Positions 1 to 8,537 of a DNA stretch of 64,000 nt are shown here, piece by piece. The stretch's first letter is position 1; each line of letters opens with the position of its first letter. The notes beneath the pieces are model-generated. The model was not told the origin of the DNA, did not search any database, and saw only the letters and a program-made list of their open reading frames with translations. Where the stretch lies: IMG/VR virus record IMGVR_UViG_3300049855_000348, positions 62,001 through 126,000 of that record, one strand, 5' to 3'. The position numbers and the translations under genes are program-made.

Positions 1-2
1 AC

Positions 3-1040
3 AACGGTGGTCTGCGTACGCCGAACTCGGTCGGCTGCGCCATGACCAACGTCGCTCGTGGCGTGGGTGGCCGCGACGAGGAAGGCATCGAAGAGGCCAA
101 GTTCCTCGCTCCGCTGGTCTACCAAGCCCAGAGCCGTGCCGTCAAGGATATCGACTTCACCGCCCTGGCGCTGAAGCACCCCAAGGTCAGCAAGTGCGTT
201 GCGGTGTCCCGTCAGGACATCGTCGTCGACAGCTTTGAGGATCCTGCCGAGTGGACCTTCCCATTGGCCGCCACTCAGCCGTACACCATCAACATCAACG
301 TTCACCGTCTCGACCTGCGTACCTCGCAGAACTACACCGCCAACGTTCGCCCATCGAAAACCGTCTACACCGACATCAACGAGTTGGTGATCGAGTTGAA
401 TGCGCTGCTCGGCTGGTCGTACGATGAAGCCTCGTTGAGTTTCTATCCGACGGTACTCAACAAACAGTTCATCGGTCGCTTCGATGTCTCCATCCAGGGC
501 TACATCGAGTTCTGGGTCACCCCAGGCAGCTACCAAGCACGCCTGAGCATCAACACCGGTGGCAATGCCTTGCTGCCGCGCCTGTTCATCCCGGCTGGTG
601 ATTACGGTCGTGTCGATGCCAACTACGTCGACCTGCACATCCTCACCTACGCCGATGACGGCAACGTGGCAGTCCCCAATGTCGCCCTGGTCAACGATCT
701 GCGCACCTACTTCGACAAATACCGTGAGATCCAGACCGAGATCGTCATCCGTCGTGGCTTCATCCAGCGTGTCGACATCGACGGCAACGTCTACATCGAC
801 AAGACCGCAGATCCCATCCAGATCCGCAACAAGGTCGATCAAGCCATCAAGGATCTGTTCTCTGCCAGCAAGCGTGAACTGGGTGAGCCGTTCTACGTCT
901 CGAAGCTCTTCGAGGCCATCGAAGCTATCAGCGGTGTCGCCTACGTTGACGAGTTCAAGCCCGCACAGAATGTCTTCCCAGACTCCCGCACGCTTCTTCA
1001 ACTGGGCACGGTCAACGTCGTGTTCTATGAGGCCAAGTAA
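3..1040 (+). CDS. Baseplate wedge subunit (T4 gp6 / baseplate J-like), 5'-truncated by window
   Basis: Frame is open from position 3. 'GGRDEE..EEAK..AP..YQAQSRAV...DF' and the C-terminal 'LGEPFYVSKL..AIEAISGV.YV' are typical of J/gp6 wedge proteins. Confidence 0.85.
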   Translation, partial: NGGLRTPNSVGCAMTNVARGVGGRDEEGIEEAKFLAPLVYQAQSRAVKDIDFTALALKHPKVSKCVAVSRQDIVVDSFEDPAEWTFPLAATQPYTININVHRLDLRTSQNYTANVRPSKTVYTDINELVIELNALLGWSYDEASLSFYPTVLNKQFIGRFDVSIQGYIEFWVTPGSYQARLSINTGGNALLPRLFIPAGDYGRVDANYVDLHILTYADDGNVAVPNVALVNDLRTYFDKYREIQTEIVIRRGFIQRVDIDGNVYIDKTADPIQIRNKVDQAIKDLFSASKRELGEPFYVSKLFEAIEAISGVAYVDEFKPAQNVFPDSRTLLQLGTVNVVFYEAK

Positions 1041-4000
1041 TGTCTCTTCAGGCGAACATCAATGTCCCTGGCCTGATCACGCTGAACTACCCCTACCAAG
1101 GGCAGTCCATCACCAGCCACGTTCGCTTGGCCGGCAACGTCATCATCCCGGACAAGGACAGCCTGCCCGCTGGTACCGATTACCTGATGGAGCAGTTGTC
1201 TCCTGGTGATCAATTGTTGGTCCTGCCGAGCCACGCTCTCTACGGCAAGACCTACAACATCAAGGACATCACCTACTACATGGACGGTGTTGCGGTTCGT
1301 CAGGTGGACTACACCGAAGACGAGATCCGCACCTACCGTTTCAACGATGACTACCTCTCGGTGTTCTACGGTGATGAGATCTCTGAAGGCAATCACGTCT
1401 ACACCATCGTGGTGACGGCCTACTCATCGCAGAACCCTGGCATCATCATCTACGACAGCCTCGAATTGAATTTCGTCTACGATCTGGCCAGCAACAGCAT
1501 CAAGACGATGCTCGATGCCATCACGCCTCAGCCATTCCTTGGTGCTGATGATCACCAGACGATCATGTACGCTTTGGACTACGTCCTCACGAAGCGCACT
1601 GAAGGCTCGCTGAAGACTGACATCGACTTCCTCGGCAGTCTCTACGATCTCGACAAAATCCCCGACTACCTGATCCCGTTCCTCGCCAAGACCATCGGCT
1701 ACGACTACTTCGCTGGTCTCCTCGGCAACGGTGACAGCATTCGTGAAGAACTGCGTTTCCTGCCTGACTGGCAGAAGTCTGTCGGTACCAAGGAAAGCAT
1801 CCTGGTCCTACTGCGTGCCCTGGCCATCTCAGGTAACATCGTTCCGCTCTACCTTGATCTCCAGAACAAGACTTTGGTCACTGGTGCCAAGCAGCGGTAC
1901 TTGCAGACCGACAGCACCAGCTTCCCAGCACAGACCAAACAAGCTCGTTGGACCATTCCACTCGTCCAACAGAACTTCGTCACCACGTCGATCAATCACA
2001 AGATCACGGACGTGGATGGCAACGTGCTGGCCTCCTTCGTGTGGGACATCGTCCTCAATCAAGCCGTGTGGCAGACCTTCGCTGCGGGATGGATCAAGCG
2101 TCCCGACGGCACCAATGCTGATCTGACGGATGTCGAGAGCGTCTACGCCGACAACAACCGTGGCGGCATCACCATCAGCTTCACCAGTGCGCTCAAGATC
2201 GTCGCCACCACCAAGTTCGTCACGACCTACCAGTACGAAGTGGAGACCAAGCCTAGCCGCAACACTCGTCTGTCGGAATTCTTCGACCTCGTGCTCTCTT
2301 CGTTGGAGAAACCGAACGAGAGCAAGACGAAGGATTACCAGCATGCGATGGAGATCGTCAAACGATCGAAGCCGCTACGCACCAAGCTGCGCAACATCAC
2401 CTTCCCAGTGAAGATGGCCGATGCCTTCGTGAGCAACGCTGGCTCCGTTTCATCGACCAACACCTTCAGTAATCCCGATCGAATCAGTGACCAGAACATC
2501 AAGGTCACTGAGGTGAACATGCTGGGCATTCGTGACTCGGTTGGCCTCAGCCACAAGGGTCTGTTCGCCGATGGCTTCCTGTTCTCCTGGGAGATCGACT
2601 GCAACCTGTTCGAGAATCGCTTCGGCATCTACCATTCACTGGCTCTCGATCCTGCGCTCTTCGGGCCGAACTTCCGTGAGATCCTGGCCCGTGATACCTT
2701 GGTGCAGCGTGGTCACGCCATCATGGTGCTCGACGATGAATTACTCGAAGAGAACAAGAAAAGCCTCCTGCGTCGTGTTGATTTCCAGATGCGGAACTTC
2801 ACCACCGAGCCGGCCTGCACGCTGACCACCGACTACCTCGGTCACTACCACACGATCAAGAACAGCATCCCGACCACGCCGGCCTCGGTCACCTTCTCCG
2901 ATCTGCTGATCGAGCTTGACGTTCCCAGCATCAGCCCGGCAGGCTCGGTCACGCTGATCATCGAAGACCCGACCGCAGGCGCTAATCGCACTGGTCGGAC
3001 CTACACCTGGGATGGCGATTCAGGCTTGGTGCAGGGCATCCTCGAAACCGGTGTCACCGGTTCCTTCTCCTTCACCATCGACACCGCCAACCTCAAGACG
3101 ATCGAGGACTCCTACAGCGGTCTCGACTACACCATCACCCTGGTGCGTTGCCCGACCGCCGCAGACGTTGAGGACCTGTACCTCAGCCGTCCGAACCTCC
3201 GGAACATCCAGATCGACCTCAACAAGTGGTATGCGATCTACGACATCACCGGAGACTTCTACGCTGACCCGGTCCACCTGTCGGTCTTCTTCTCGGCGGT
3301 CTACCTCAACCACCAGGGCACCTGCTGCAACTGCGACCTGGACATCGTCACCACCAGCACGCCGGCCACCTTCAACCAGATCCTCGGCAAGACCTACCAG
3401 TTCGGCTACGAGTTCGACCTGGAGATCTATGCCATCTCGACTAACGAGATAGTAGGCGTCTACCACTGGAACAGCCGGCAGTGGATCCCCGTTCTGGTCG
3501 ATTCCGACTTCACCGTGACCCTTTCCCCGGTCAACGGAGGCGTCTGGACCGACGATCTCACCGTGGCTGGCACCATCACCTATGTTGGCGCTGCACCGGC
3601 TGGAATCGCCCAGGAATGGGGAATCCGGGCATGCCCTCGGAAGGTCGGCGACCGCCTCGGCATCGACCTGAACGCCCAGTACACCGACGACTTCGGCTTG
3701 GCCATGGTCCACGGCGGCATGCTGGGGGTCATTGACGAGAGTCAGAGCTTCCTCGACCTGAAGTGGGGCGACCTGATCCCGCACCAGCACGATCAGGGTG
3801 ACCAGCACTTGGCCGCCTTCGACGGGTACTACCTGCGGGGTGGTGTTCTCCTGCCGGCGTTCAGCTACCACGTCACCATGGCCGGCGCTGGGGTGTTCCA
3901 GTGGGACAGCAGCCCGGCGTGGGACAACGGCTTCGCCTGGGACTTCGCCACGCAGTTCCAGTGGGATGTCGACTTCTTCGATGCGATCCAGAAGGTGTGG

Positions 4001-4075
4001 GACGGCAGCAATCCGATTGCCACCGAGTTCTTCATCCACCACTTCCCGAAGCGTCAGGTGTACGAGTTCGCCTAA
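1040..4075 (+). CDS. Large baseplate wedge / tail protein (gp7 / P2 gpI-like N-terminal region)
   Basis: Overlaps the gp6-like stop (TAATG). Contains 'LYDLDKIPDYLIPFLAKTIGY...KSVGTKESI..LLR' (tail I-like) and C-terminal WD-rich repeats. Confidence 0.65.
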   Translation: MSLQANINVPGLITLNYPYQGQSITSHVRLAGNVIIPDKDSLPAGTDYLMEQLSPGDQLLVLPSHALYGKTYNIKDITYYMDGVAVRQVDYTEDEIRTYRFNDDYLSVFYGDEISEGNHVYTIVVTAYSSQNPGIIIYDSLELNFVYDLASNSIKTMLDAITPQPFLGADDHQTIMYALDYVLTKRTEGSLKTDIDFLGSLYDLDKIPDYLIPFLAKTIGYDYFAGLLGNGDSIREELRFLPDWQKSVGTKESILVLLRALAISGNIVPLYLDLQNKTLVTGAKQRYLQTDSTSFPAQTKQARWTIPLVQQNFVTTSINHKITDVDGNVLASFVWDIVLNQAVWQTFAAGWIKRPDGTNADLTDVESVYADNNRGGITISFTSALKIVATTKFVTTYQYEVETKPSRNTRLSEFFDLVLSSLEKPNESKTKDYQHAMEIVKRSKPLRTKLRNITFPVKMADAFVSNAGSVSSTNTFSNPDRISDQNIKVTEVNMLGIRDSVGLSHKGLFADGFLFSWEIDCNLFENRFGIYHSLALDPALFGPNFREILARDTLVQRGHAIMVLDDELLEENKKSLLRRVDFQMRNFTTEPACTLTTDYLGHYHTIKNSIPTTPASVTFSDLLIELDVPSISPAGSVTLIIEDPTAGANRTGRTYTWDGDSGLVQGILETGVTGSFSFTIDTANLKTIEDSYSGLDYTITLVRCPTAADVEDLYLSRPNLRNIQIDLNKWYAIYDITGDFYADPVHLSVFFSAVYLNHQGTCCNCDLDIVTTSTPATFNQILGKTYQFGYEFDLEIYAISTNEIVGVYHWNSRQWIPVLVDSDFTVTLSPVNGGVWTDDLTVAGTITYVGAAPAGIAQEWGIRACPRKVGDRLGIDLNAQYTDDFGLAMVHGGMLGVIDESQSFLDLKWGDLIPHQHDQGDQHLAAFDGYYLRGGVLLPAFSYHVTMAGAGVFQWDSSPAWDNGFAWDFATQFQWDVDFFDAIQKVWDGSNPIATEFFIHHFPKRQVYEFA

Positions 4076-4314
4076 CCGAGGCGACGTTCTTCCTTGTCGA
4101 GTTCGTCTTCAATCTTCGTGATCTCGGCTCGCGCATCATCGAAGCCGCATCGACACGTTGAGCCACCTTCACACAGATAGGTGTGACTCGTGAATTCCTC
4201 CAGCTTGTTGATGATGCTGCGCAATCGCCATTCACGACGAGCACCGTAACAGCATCCGGTGGTGGCGCTGGTGACCGTGATGGCCTCTCGTTGGCAGTAG
4301 ATGCAGATCTTCAT
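4072..4314 (-). CDS. Small Cys-containing hypothetical protein
   Basis: Start/stop overlap with the 4311 gene; last gene of a minus-strand run; CxxC motif. Confidence 0.6.
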   Translation of the reverse strand: MKICIYCQREAITVTSATTGCCYGARREWRLRSIINKLEEFTSHTYLCEGGSTCRCGFDDARAEITKIEDELDKEERRLG

Positions 4315-4742
4315 TCAACCACTTCCTGTTCGAGTTCCCACACGCTTGGATTACTGAGATCCACTCCGTTGAAAGACTTGAATTCCTGAATAGCATCGAA
4401 TGAAAAACGCATCCGCATGCGTCTGACGTGACCCGAAATCGGACACCGGGTGACTTCGATGTCGATTTCAATCTCTGGAATATCATCTGGTCCAAAGACC
4501 TTTTTCGGATCAACTGGATCACCTTTGATCAACTCCTTCGGCCATGGATCGAGACGCCATACCTTGCGGTAACGACGATCGGCCTTGCGACCGACGTTAT
4601 ACCAGTGCCGGCCACGCCTGGAATTCCAACCATGGCGTTTGACCATCACCTCGGCATAGGTGGCGATCTGCTTCAGCCGCAGGAGTTCATTGAGGATGAA
4701 CTTGGGGAGATTTGGATGTAGGTCGCTGAGGTTGAGTTTCAT
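4311..4742 (-). CDS. Hypothetical protein
   Basis: ATGA-type overlaps at both ends. Confidence 0.7.
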   Translation of the reverse strand: MKLNLSDLHPNLPKFILNELLRLKQIATYAEVMVKRHGWNSRRGRHWYNVGRKADRRYRKVWRLDPWPKELIKGDPVDPKKVFGPDDIPEIEIDIEVTRCPISGHVRRMRMRFSFDAIQEFKSFNGVDLSNPSVWELEQEVVE

Positions 4743-4909
4743 CGGTTGAATAACTTTCCGAGCCCTTCACGAATGATGGCGAAGGTCTCACGTGGGCAGG
4801 TCACCAGAGCCAGAATCATCATCAACAAAACGATGAACAAGAAACCGCACAGAAAGACGACGAAGGCCACTGGTTCGAGACGTTCAGCCAGCGTTTGATT
4901 TGTGGCCAT
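4739..4909 (-). CDS. Small single-pass membrane protein
   Basis: Hydrophobic stretch VAFVVFLCGFLFIVLLMMILALV; probable start MATNQ at 4909. Confidence 0.6.
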   Translation of the reverse strand: MATNQTLAERLEPVAFVVFLCGFLFIVLLMMILALVTCPRETFAIIREGLGKLFNR

Positions 4910-5366
4910 AATCGCTCCAGAAGGTACCAGGATCGAAGTTCTTGAACTGACCACCAGCAGACTTGTGTGCCCGCAGGATGCCAGCGAGTTTGCAACCCTT
5001 GTCGGTGAACTTCACCACCGGGTGGATGCCGGTGCCTTCCCAGATGCAGAGACCCATGGCGATCAGATCCTCGAAGCAACTCCAGTCGTCATGTTTCTCC
5101 AGTTTTGCACCGTGCTTCAGGAGGGTGGGGTAATGCGAGTTCGGGTACGCCCGGTTTGAACGGTTGGCCAAACCTGGGTGAACCCTGATATCGCAGCGCA
5201 TACGATCGATATCGATGACGCCACCGTTGTCGACGGCACGACACTCCAGGAAGGCGAAGGTCGCCCAGTGATCATGGCCCCAACGATCGACTGGCACGCT
5301 GGGATTTCCTGTCGCTTCGTCGGTAGGCTTGGCGACGGTCATGGAGAGCGGGCGCTGCTTGCTCAT
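4884..5366 (-). CDS. Hypothetical phage protein
   Basis: 160 aa ORF with phage-like codon usage, downstream of the repeated promoter. Confidence 0.75.
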   Translation of the reverse strand: MSKQRPLSMTVAKPTDEATGNPSVPVDRWGHDHWATFAFLECRAVDNGGVIDIDRMRCDIRVHPGLANRSNRAYPNSHYPTLLKHGAKLEKHDDWSCFEDLIAMGLCIWEGTGIHPVVKFTDKGCKLAGILRAHKSAGGQFKNFDPGTFWSDYGHKSNAG

Positions 5367-5414
5367 TCAAGAGTTCCAGATCAGGAGGTAGAGACGATAG
5401 AGGAAGGACTGCAT
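5367..5414 (-). CDS. Putative leaderless 15-aa micro-ORF (MQSFLYRLYLLIWNS)
   Basis: ATG lies 5 nt after the -10 of the promoter at 5420-5447; its TGA directly abuts the next ATG (TGAATG). Confidence 0.4.
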   Translation of the reverse strand: MQSFLYRLYLLIWNS

Positions 5415-5419
5415 GATTT

Positions 5420-5447
5420 CCTATAGCGACTGATTGATCTAAGTCAA
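5420..5447 (-). promoter_or_regulatory. Repeated sigma70-like promoter, copy 1
   Basis: TTGACT-TAGATCAATCAGTCGC-TATAGG. Confidence 0.75.
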
Positions 5448-5753
5448 CGATCCGGTTTCGTTACTGGTCAATCCGCTTTCGAGATGTCTGATGTTGATCG
5501 ACTCTCTCGACGTGTAGTCGACGCGAACGATCTCCATGCCAGCGGTCGCCTCCAATGGGAGTTGTGTCCTGATGAAGTTCAACAGTGCCTGCATCTGATC
5601 ATACTGGTCATAGCAGATTGGTGGGCTGCGCTTGCTGAGGATCTTCTTGGTGTAGCTTAGCGTCATCCGACCACCGTTCTTGCCGGAGAGCCGGCTGAAC
5701 ACTGAGCAGAGGTAGTCGTTCTTGCTGCCGACGATGCAGTAGCAGGTCATCAT
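5439..5753 (-). CDS. Hypothetical protein with C-terminal GLTxxExG tag
   Basis: ATGA overlap with the 5750 gene; ends ESGLTSNETGSLT. Confidence 0.7.
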   Translation of the reverse strand: MMTCYCIVGSKNDYLCSVFSRLSGKNGGRMTLSYTKKILSKRSPPICYDQYDQMQALLNFIRTQLPLEATAGMEIVRVDYTSRESINIRHLESGLTSNETGSLT

Positions 5754-5980
5754 AGAGTTCCCTTCTCTTCCTGCGTCAGACCAAGGCTCGCTTCGTATTT
5801 CGCCTGTGAGGTCTTGAGCATATCCCAATGGACCTCAGCTTCCTTGATCAGTCGCAGGCAAGTCTTGCAGGTGACCAGTGCTTTGTTGTCAGAAGCACGC
5901 ATGGCGTAAACGCCACAGTACGACTTGCCGGCGTTTGGTCGAGTTCCGTGAACGATGATAATTTTCTTCTGGTCATTCAT
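5750..5980 (-). CDS. Small zinc-finger-like protein with GLTxxExG tag
   Basis: H..CG..VTCKTC motif; ends SLGLTQEEKGTL. Confidence 0.75.
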   Translation of the reverse strand: MNDQKKIIIVHGTRPNAGKSYCGVYAMRASDNKALVTCKTCLRLIKEAEVHWDMLKTSQAKYEASLGLTQEEKGTL

Positions 5981-6192
5981 GCTGGCATTCCGGTCTCGGC
6001 TGAGGTCAATCCACCAGCTTCAATCTCGGCTTCGTAGTCTTCCTGCGAGACTTCACCACGGCACACCGGACAGGTGACCAGCGGCTGCATGGATGCGATC
6101 TTGATCCCCTTCGTGTTGGTCCGCAGACCGCAGGCGGTGGTGTCGTTCCTGAACAGGCCACGGTAGTGCGTGTGATCGAGTGATGGCTTCAC
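5977..6192 (-). CDS. Small zinc-finger-like protein with GLTxxExG tag
   Basis: H..ACG..VTCPVC motif; ends GGLTSAETGMPA. Confidence 0.75.
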   Translation of the reverse strand: MKPSLDHTHYRGLFRNDTTACGLRTNTKGIKIASMQPLVTCPVCRGEVSQEDYEAEIEAGGLTSAETGMPA

Positions 6193-6374
6193 GCTGGCAC
6201 CCCTTGCTCTGCCGTGGTGAGACCGGGCTTCTCTTCTTCACCGAGACGAGCCCAGGCCAAGCACGACGAGCACGTGATCATGCCGATCTCTTTCGTGGTA
6301 CGAACGTCCGGATCGGCGAGTTGTCTTCCACACCCAGTATGATCGGTGAAGATGACATGCCAGTGAATCATCAC
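6189..6374 (-). CDS. Small zinc-finger-like protein with GLTxxExG tag
   Basis: H..GCG..ITCSSC motif; ends PGLTTAEQGVPA. Confidence 0.75.
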   Translation of the reverse strand: MMIHWHVIFTDHTGCGRQLADPDVRTTKEIGMITCSSCLAWARLGEEEKPGLTTAEQGVPA

Positions 6375-6787
6375 GTCGGCCTCCCTTGCTCTTCAGCGGT
6401 GAGACCGGTCGGAGCTTCCTCGTCTGATTCCCTGACCACATTCCCTTCAGCATCGAGCCACACACAGCGGGTAGAAGCCTTGATAACAATCACTCGTTTT
6501 TCAGGCATCTCGAAACCCTGACCAATTCCTTGATTGGCTGGCGGTTTGACTGGTGGCATCGGGATACCACCACTAAGACCACTGGTGGCATCGGTTGTCG
6601 GCTGCACAGCAAAGGACTCTGGTTCCTCACCATCTCGCCAGTCGACATTGGTTCTGAACTTCCACTGCTTCTTCCGGCAGTTCATGCAGATACGAAGATC
6701 GTGATGATCACCCAGAGTGGTTTTCTTACCCACAAAGGGCATCGACCATTTGTGATAGCCTACCCGACATCCGAGTGTTGCGCTCAT
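6371..6787 (-). CDS. Hypothetical protein (C..GxHKW..CxxC N-terminus) with GLTxxExG tag
   Basis: Overlapping start and stop with neighbours; ends TGLTAEEQGRPT. Confidence 0.75.
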   Translation of the reverse strand: MSATLGCRVGYHKWSMPFVGKKTTLGDHHDLRICMNCRKKQWKFRTNVDWRDGEEPESFAVQPTTDATSGLSGGIPMPPVKPPANQGIGQGFEMPEKRVIVIKASTRCVWLDAEGNVVRESDEEAPTGLTAEEQGRPT

Positions 6788-7221
6788 TACGACAGATTCT
6801 CGTAGATCACGAACCGCTTGCCAAGGGCAGCCGCCTCTTCGGCACCGAGGCTGATGAAGAACCGGTATTTCTCGTCGGCGTAGAAATGCGCGTTCAGAGC
6901 ACGCTTCACCCGGTGGAAGTAACCGTCGGCGAGGACCTGCTCCTCAGCCGTGCGCCAGTGCGGCTTGACGCTCGGGACGACATCCTCGATGTCCATGCGG
7001 TTGATGCAGAACACCTTGTAGGGAGTCCGACCCGGCAGGCTGGTCATCTCGATACCAGGGAAGCTCTGGATCTGGATACCGCTGGCCTCGGAGCGCCGGA
7101 TGGCTTCTTCGATGTAGCGGTCCTGGAGTTCCCTGACCGTGTTCTCGTTGAGATCGGCCATCTCCTCCTTCGTGAAGACGGCTTCCCAGGCGTAGTAGAT
7201 CCCGTAAAAGGTCTGGCTCAT
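6787..7221 (-). CDS. Hypothetical protein
   Basis: Start MSQTFY at 7221 overlaps the stop of the upstream gene. Confidence 0.7.
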   Translation of the reverse strand: MSQTFYGIYYAWEAVFTKEEMADLNENTVRELQDRYIEEAIRRSEASGIQIQSFPGIEMTSLPGRTPYKVFCINRMDIEDVVPSVKPHWRTAEEQVLADGYFHRVKRALNAHFYADEKYRFFISLGAEEAAALGKRFVIYENLS

Positions 7222-7490
7222 AGCGGCTTCCCGTATTGGAGGGTGGTGAGGACTGAGGTTTTGATCTGTTCGGGAGTGTATTCGTGGTTGAAGCGGGCTT
7301 GGTAGGTGCCGGCCCGGGCGATCACAGGGTCGCCGTTGGCATCCTTCTTCCACTCGTGATCGACAGGCAAGTCGATCGTCGCGTAGTTGCGATGCAGTTC
7401 GAGGTGCAGCACCTTCACTCCCGGGAAGGTGTCCTTCTCGATCAGGGAGATGACTTCGGCGCGTTTGGAGGCGAGTTTGGCTTTGCTCAT
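7218..7490 (-). CDS. Hypothetical protein, leaderless
   Basis: ATG is 6 nt downstream of TATACT. Confidence 0.75.
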   Translation of the reverse strand: MSKAKLASKRAEVISLIEKDTFPGVKVLHLELHRNYATIDLPVDHEWKKDANGDPVIARAGTYQARFNHEYTPEQIKTSVLTTLQYGKPL

Positions 7491-7496
7491 GCCCAC

Positions 7497-7524
7497 AGTA
7501 TAGCGACCTTTCTGTCTAAGTCAA
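7497..7524 (-). promoter_or_regulatory. Repeated promoter, copy 2
   Basis: TTGACT-TAGACAGAAAGGTCGC-TATACT-GTGGGC-ATG. Confidence 0.85.
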
Positions 7525-7531
7525 CCCTGAA

Positions 7532-7744
7532 TCAGTAGCAGCCGTAGCCGAGCACCTGGACGTGCTGACCGACCAGATCTTCACAGTCAGCCGCGTCATC
7601 GGCCTCTTTCTGGTCGACCAGATGCAGGCATGGCCCGAAGTTGATCGTACGGGGCGAGCCACCACCGTTGAAGCCGTCGAGGATCATCACCTCCTGCTCA
7701 GGATCACAGAGTTCGAGGGCAGCGATGAGTTCTTTGATCTTCAT
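7532..7744 (-). CDS. Small hypothetical protein (MKIKELIAALE..DPEQEV type), leaderless
   Basis: Common phage small-protein N-terminus; ATG 6 nt after the -10. Confidence 0.75.
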   Translation of the reverse strand: MKIKELIAALELCDPEQEVMILDGFNGGGSPRTINFGPCLHLVDQKEADDAADCEDLVGQHVQVLGYGCY

Positions 7745-7750
7745 GTCCAC

Positions 7751-7778
7751 AGTATAGCGATCATTTGGTCTAAGTCAA
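7751..7778 (-). promoter_or_regulatory. Repeated promoter, copy 3
   Basis: TTGACT-TAGACCAAATGATCGC-TATACT-GTGGAC-ATG. Confidence 0.85.
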
Positions 7779-7892
7779 CCTCTACCTCAAAATGGTTTGG
7801 GTGTTGACAGCGCCAAAAGGGTCAATATGCTCCCGGCTCCAAGGGCTAAGACGGTTCCGTTTCACGGAGTAGTCGAGGCAAGCCCAGAGATC

Positions 7893-7921
7893 ACCCTCCA
7901 GCCACACCTGGAGGGTTTTTT
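7893..7921 (+). terminator. Intrinsic terminator
   Basis: CCCTCCAG-ccacac-CTGGAGGG followed by TTTTTT. Confidence 0.75.
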
Positions 7922-7934
7922 CGTTTATAAGTCC

Positions 7935-8537
7935 ATGAGCCCAGAATTAGTTGCAGAAGTGTTCACCCGCATCCATGACCAGAACCTCTGGGGCAGTCCT
8001 GAGAGCGTTTCTGGCGGTGGAAGTGCTCTGGAGGCCACCACCAAGATCCGCGCCGAGATCCCGGCCCTGATCGCCCAGCATGGCATCCTGAGCATGCTCG
8101 ACTTGCCCTGTGGAGACTTCAACTGGATGGGTGAGATGCTGAAGGTTCTGCCTGATCTGCGGTACACCGGTGGTGATGTGGTGGTTCCGCTCATCGAGAA
8201 GAACATCCGCAAGTACCCCACCATTCGCTTTGAGGTGTTGGATGTGATCTCGTCACCCCTGGCACAGCATGATCTGGTGTTCTGCCGTGACTGCTTGGTT
8301 CACCTGCCTGAGAAGCTGGTTCGCAAGGCCATCGAGAACATCAAGGAGAGCAACTGCCGCTTCCTCCTGGCGACCACGTTCCCCAAGGCCATCCCCCAGG
8401 ACATCGAAGTCGGACAGTGGCGTCCGCTCAACCTGATCCCCTTTCTGGGAGAGCCGATCCAGGTGATCAGTGAGTGCTTTGCTGACCTGGATGGCGTACC
8501 AACCGAGAAGCAACTCGGACTGTGGCGCTTCCGGTAA
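7935..8537 (+). CDS. Class I SAM-dependent methyltransferase
   Basis: WG..ES.SG.GS, MLDLPCGDFNW, Y.GGDVV and CRDCLVHL motifs. Confidence 0.85.
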   Translation: MSPELVAEVFTRIHDQNLWGSPESVSGGGSALEATTKIRAEIPALIAQHGILSMLDLPCGDFNWMGEMLKVLPDLRYTGGDVVVPLIEKNIRKYPTIRFEVLDVISSPLAQHDLVFCRDCLVHLPEKLVRKAIENIKESNCRFLLATTFPKAIPQDIEVGQWRPLNLIPFLGEPIQVISECFADLDGVPTEKQLGLWRFR

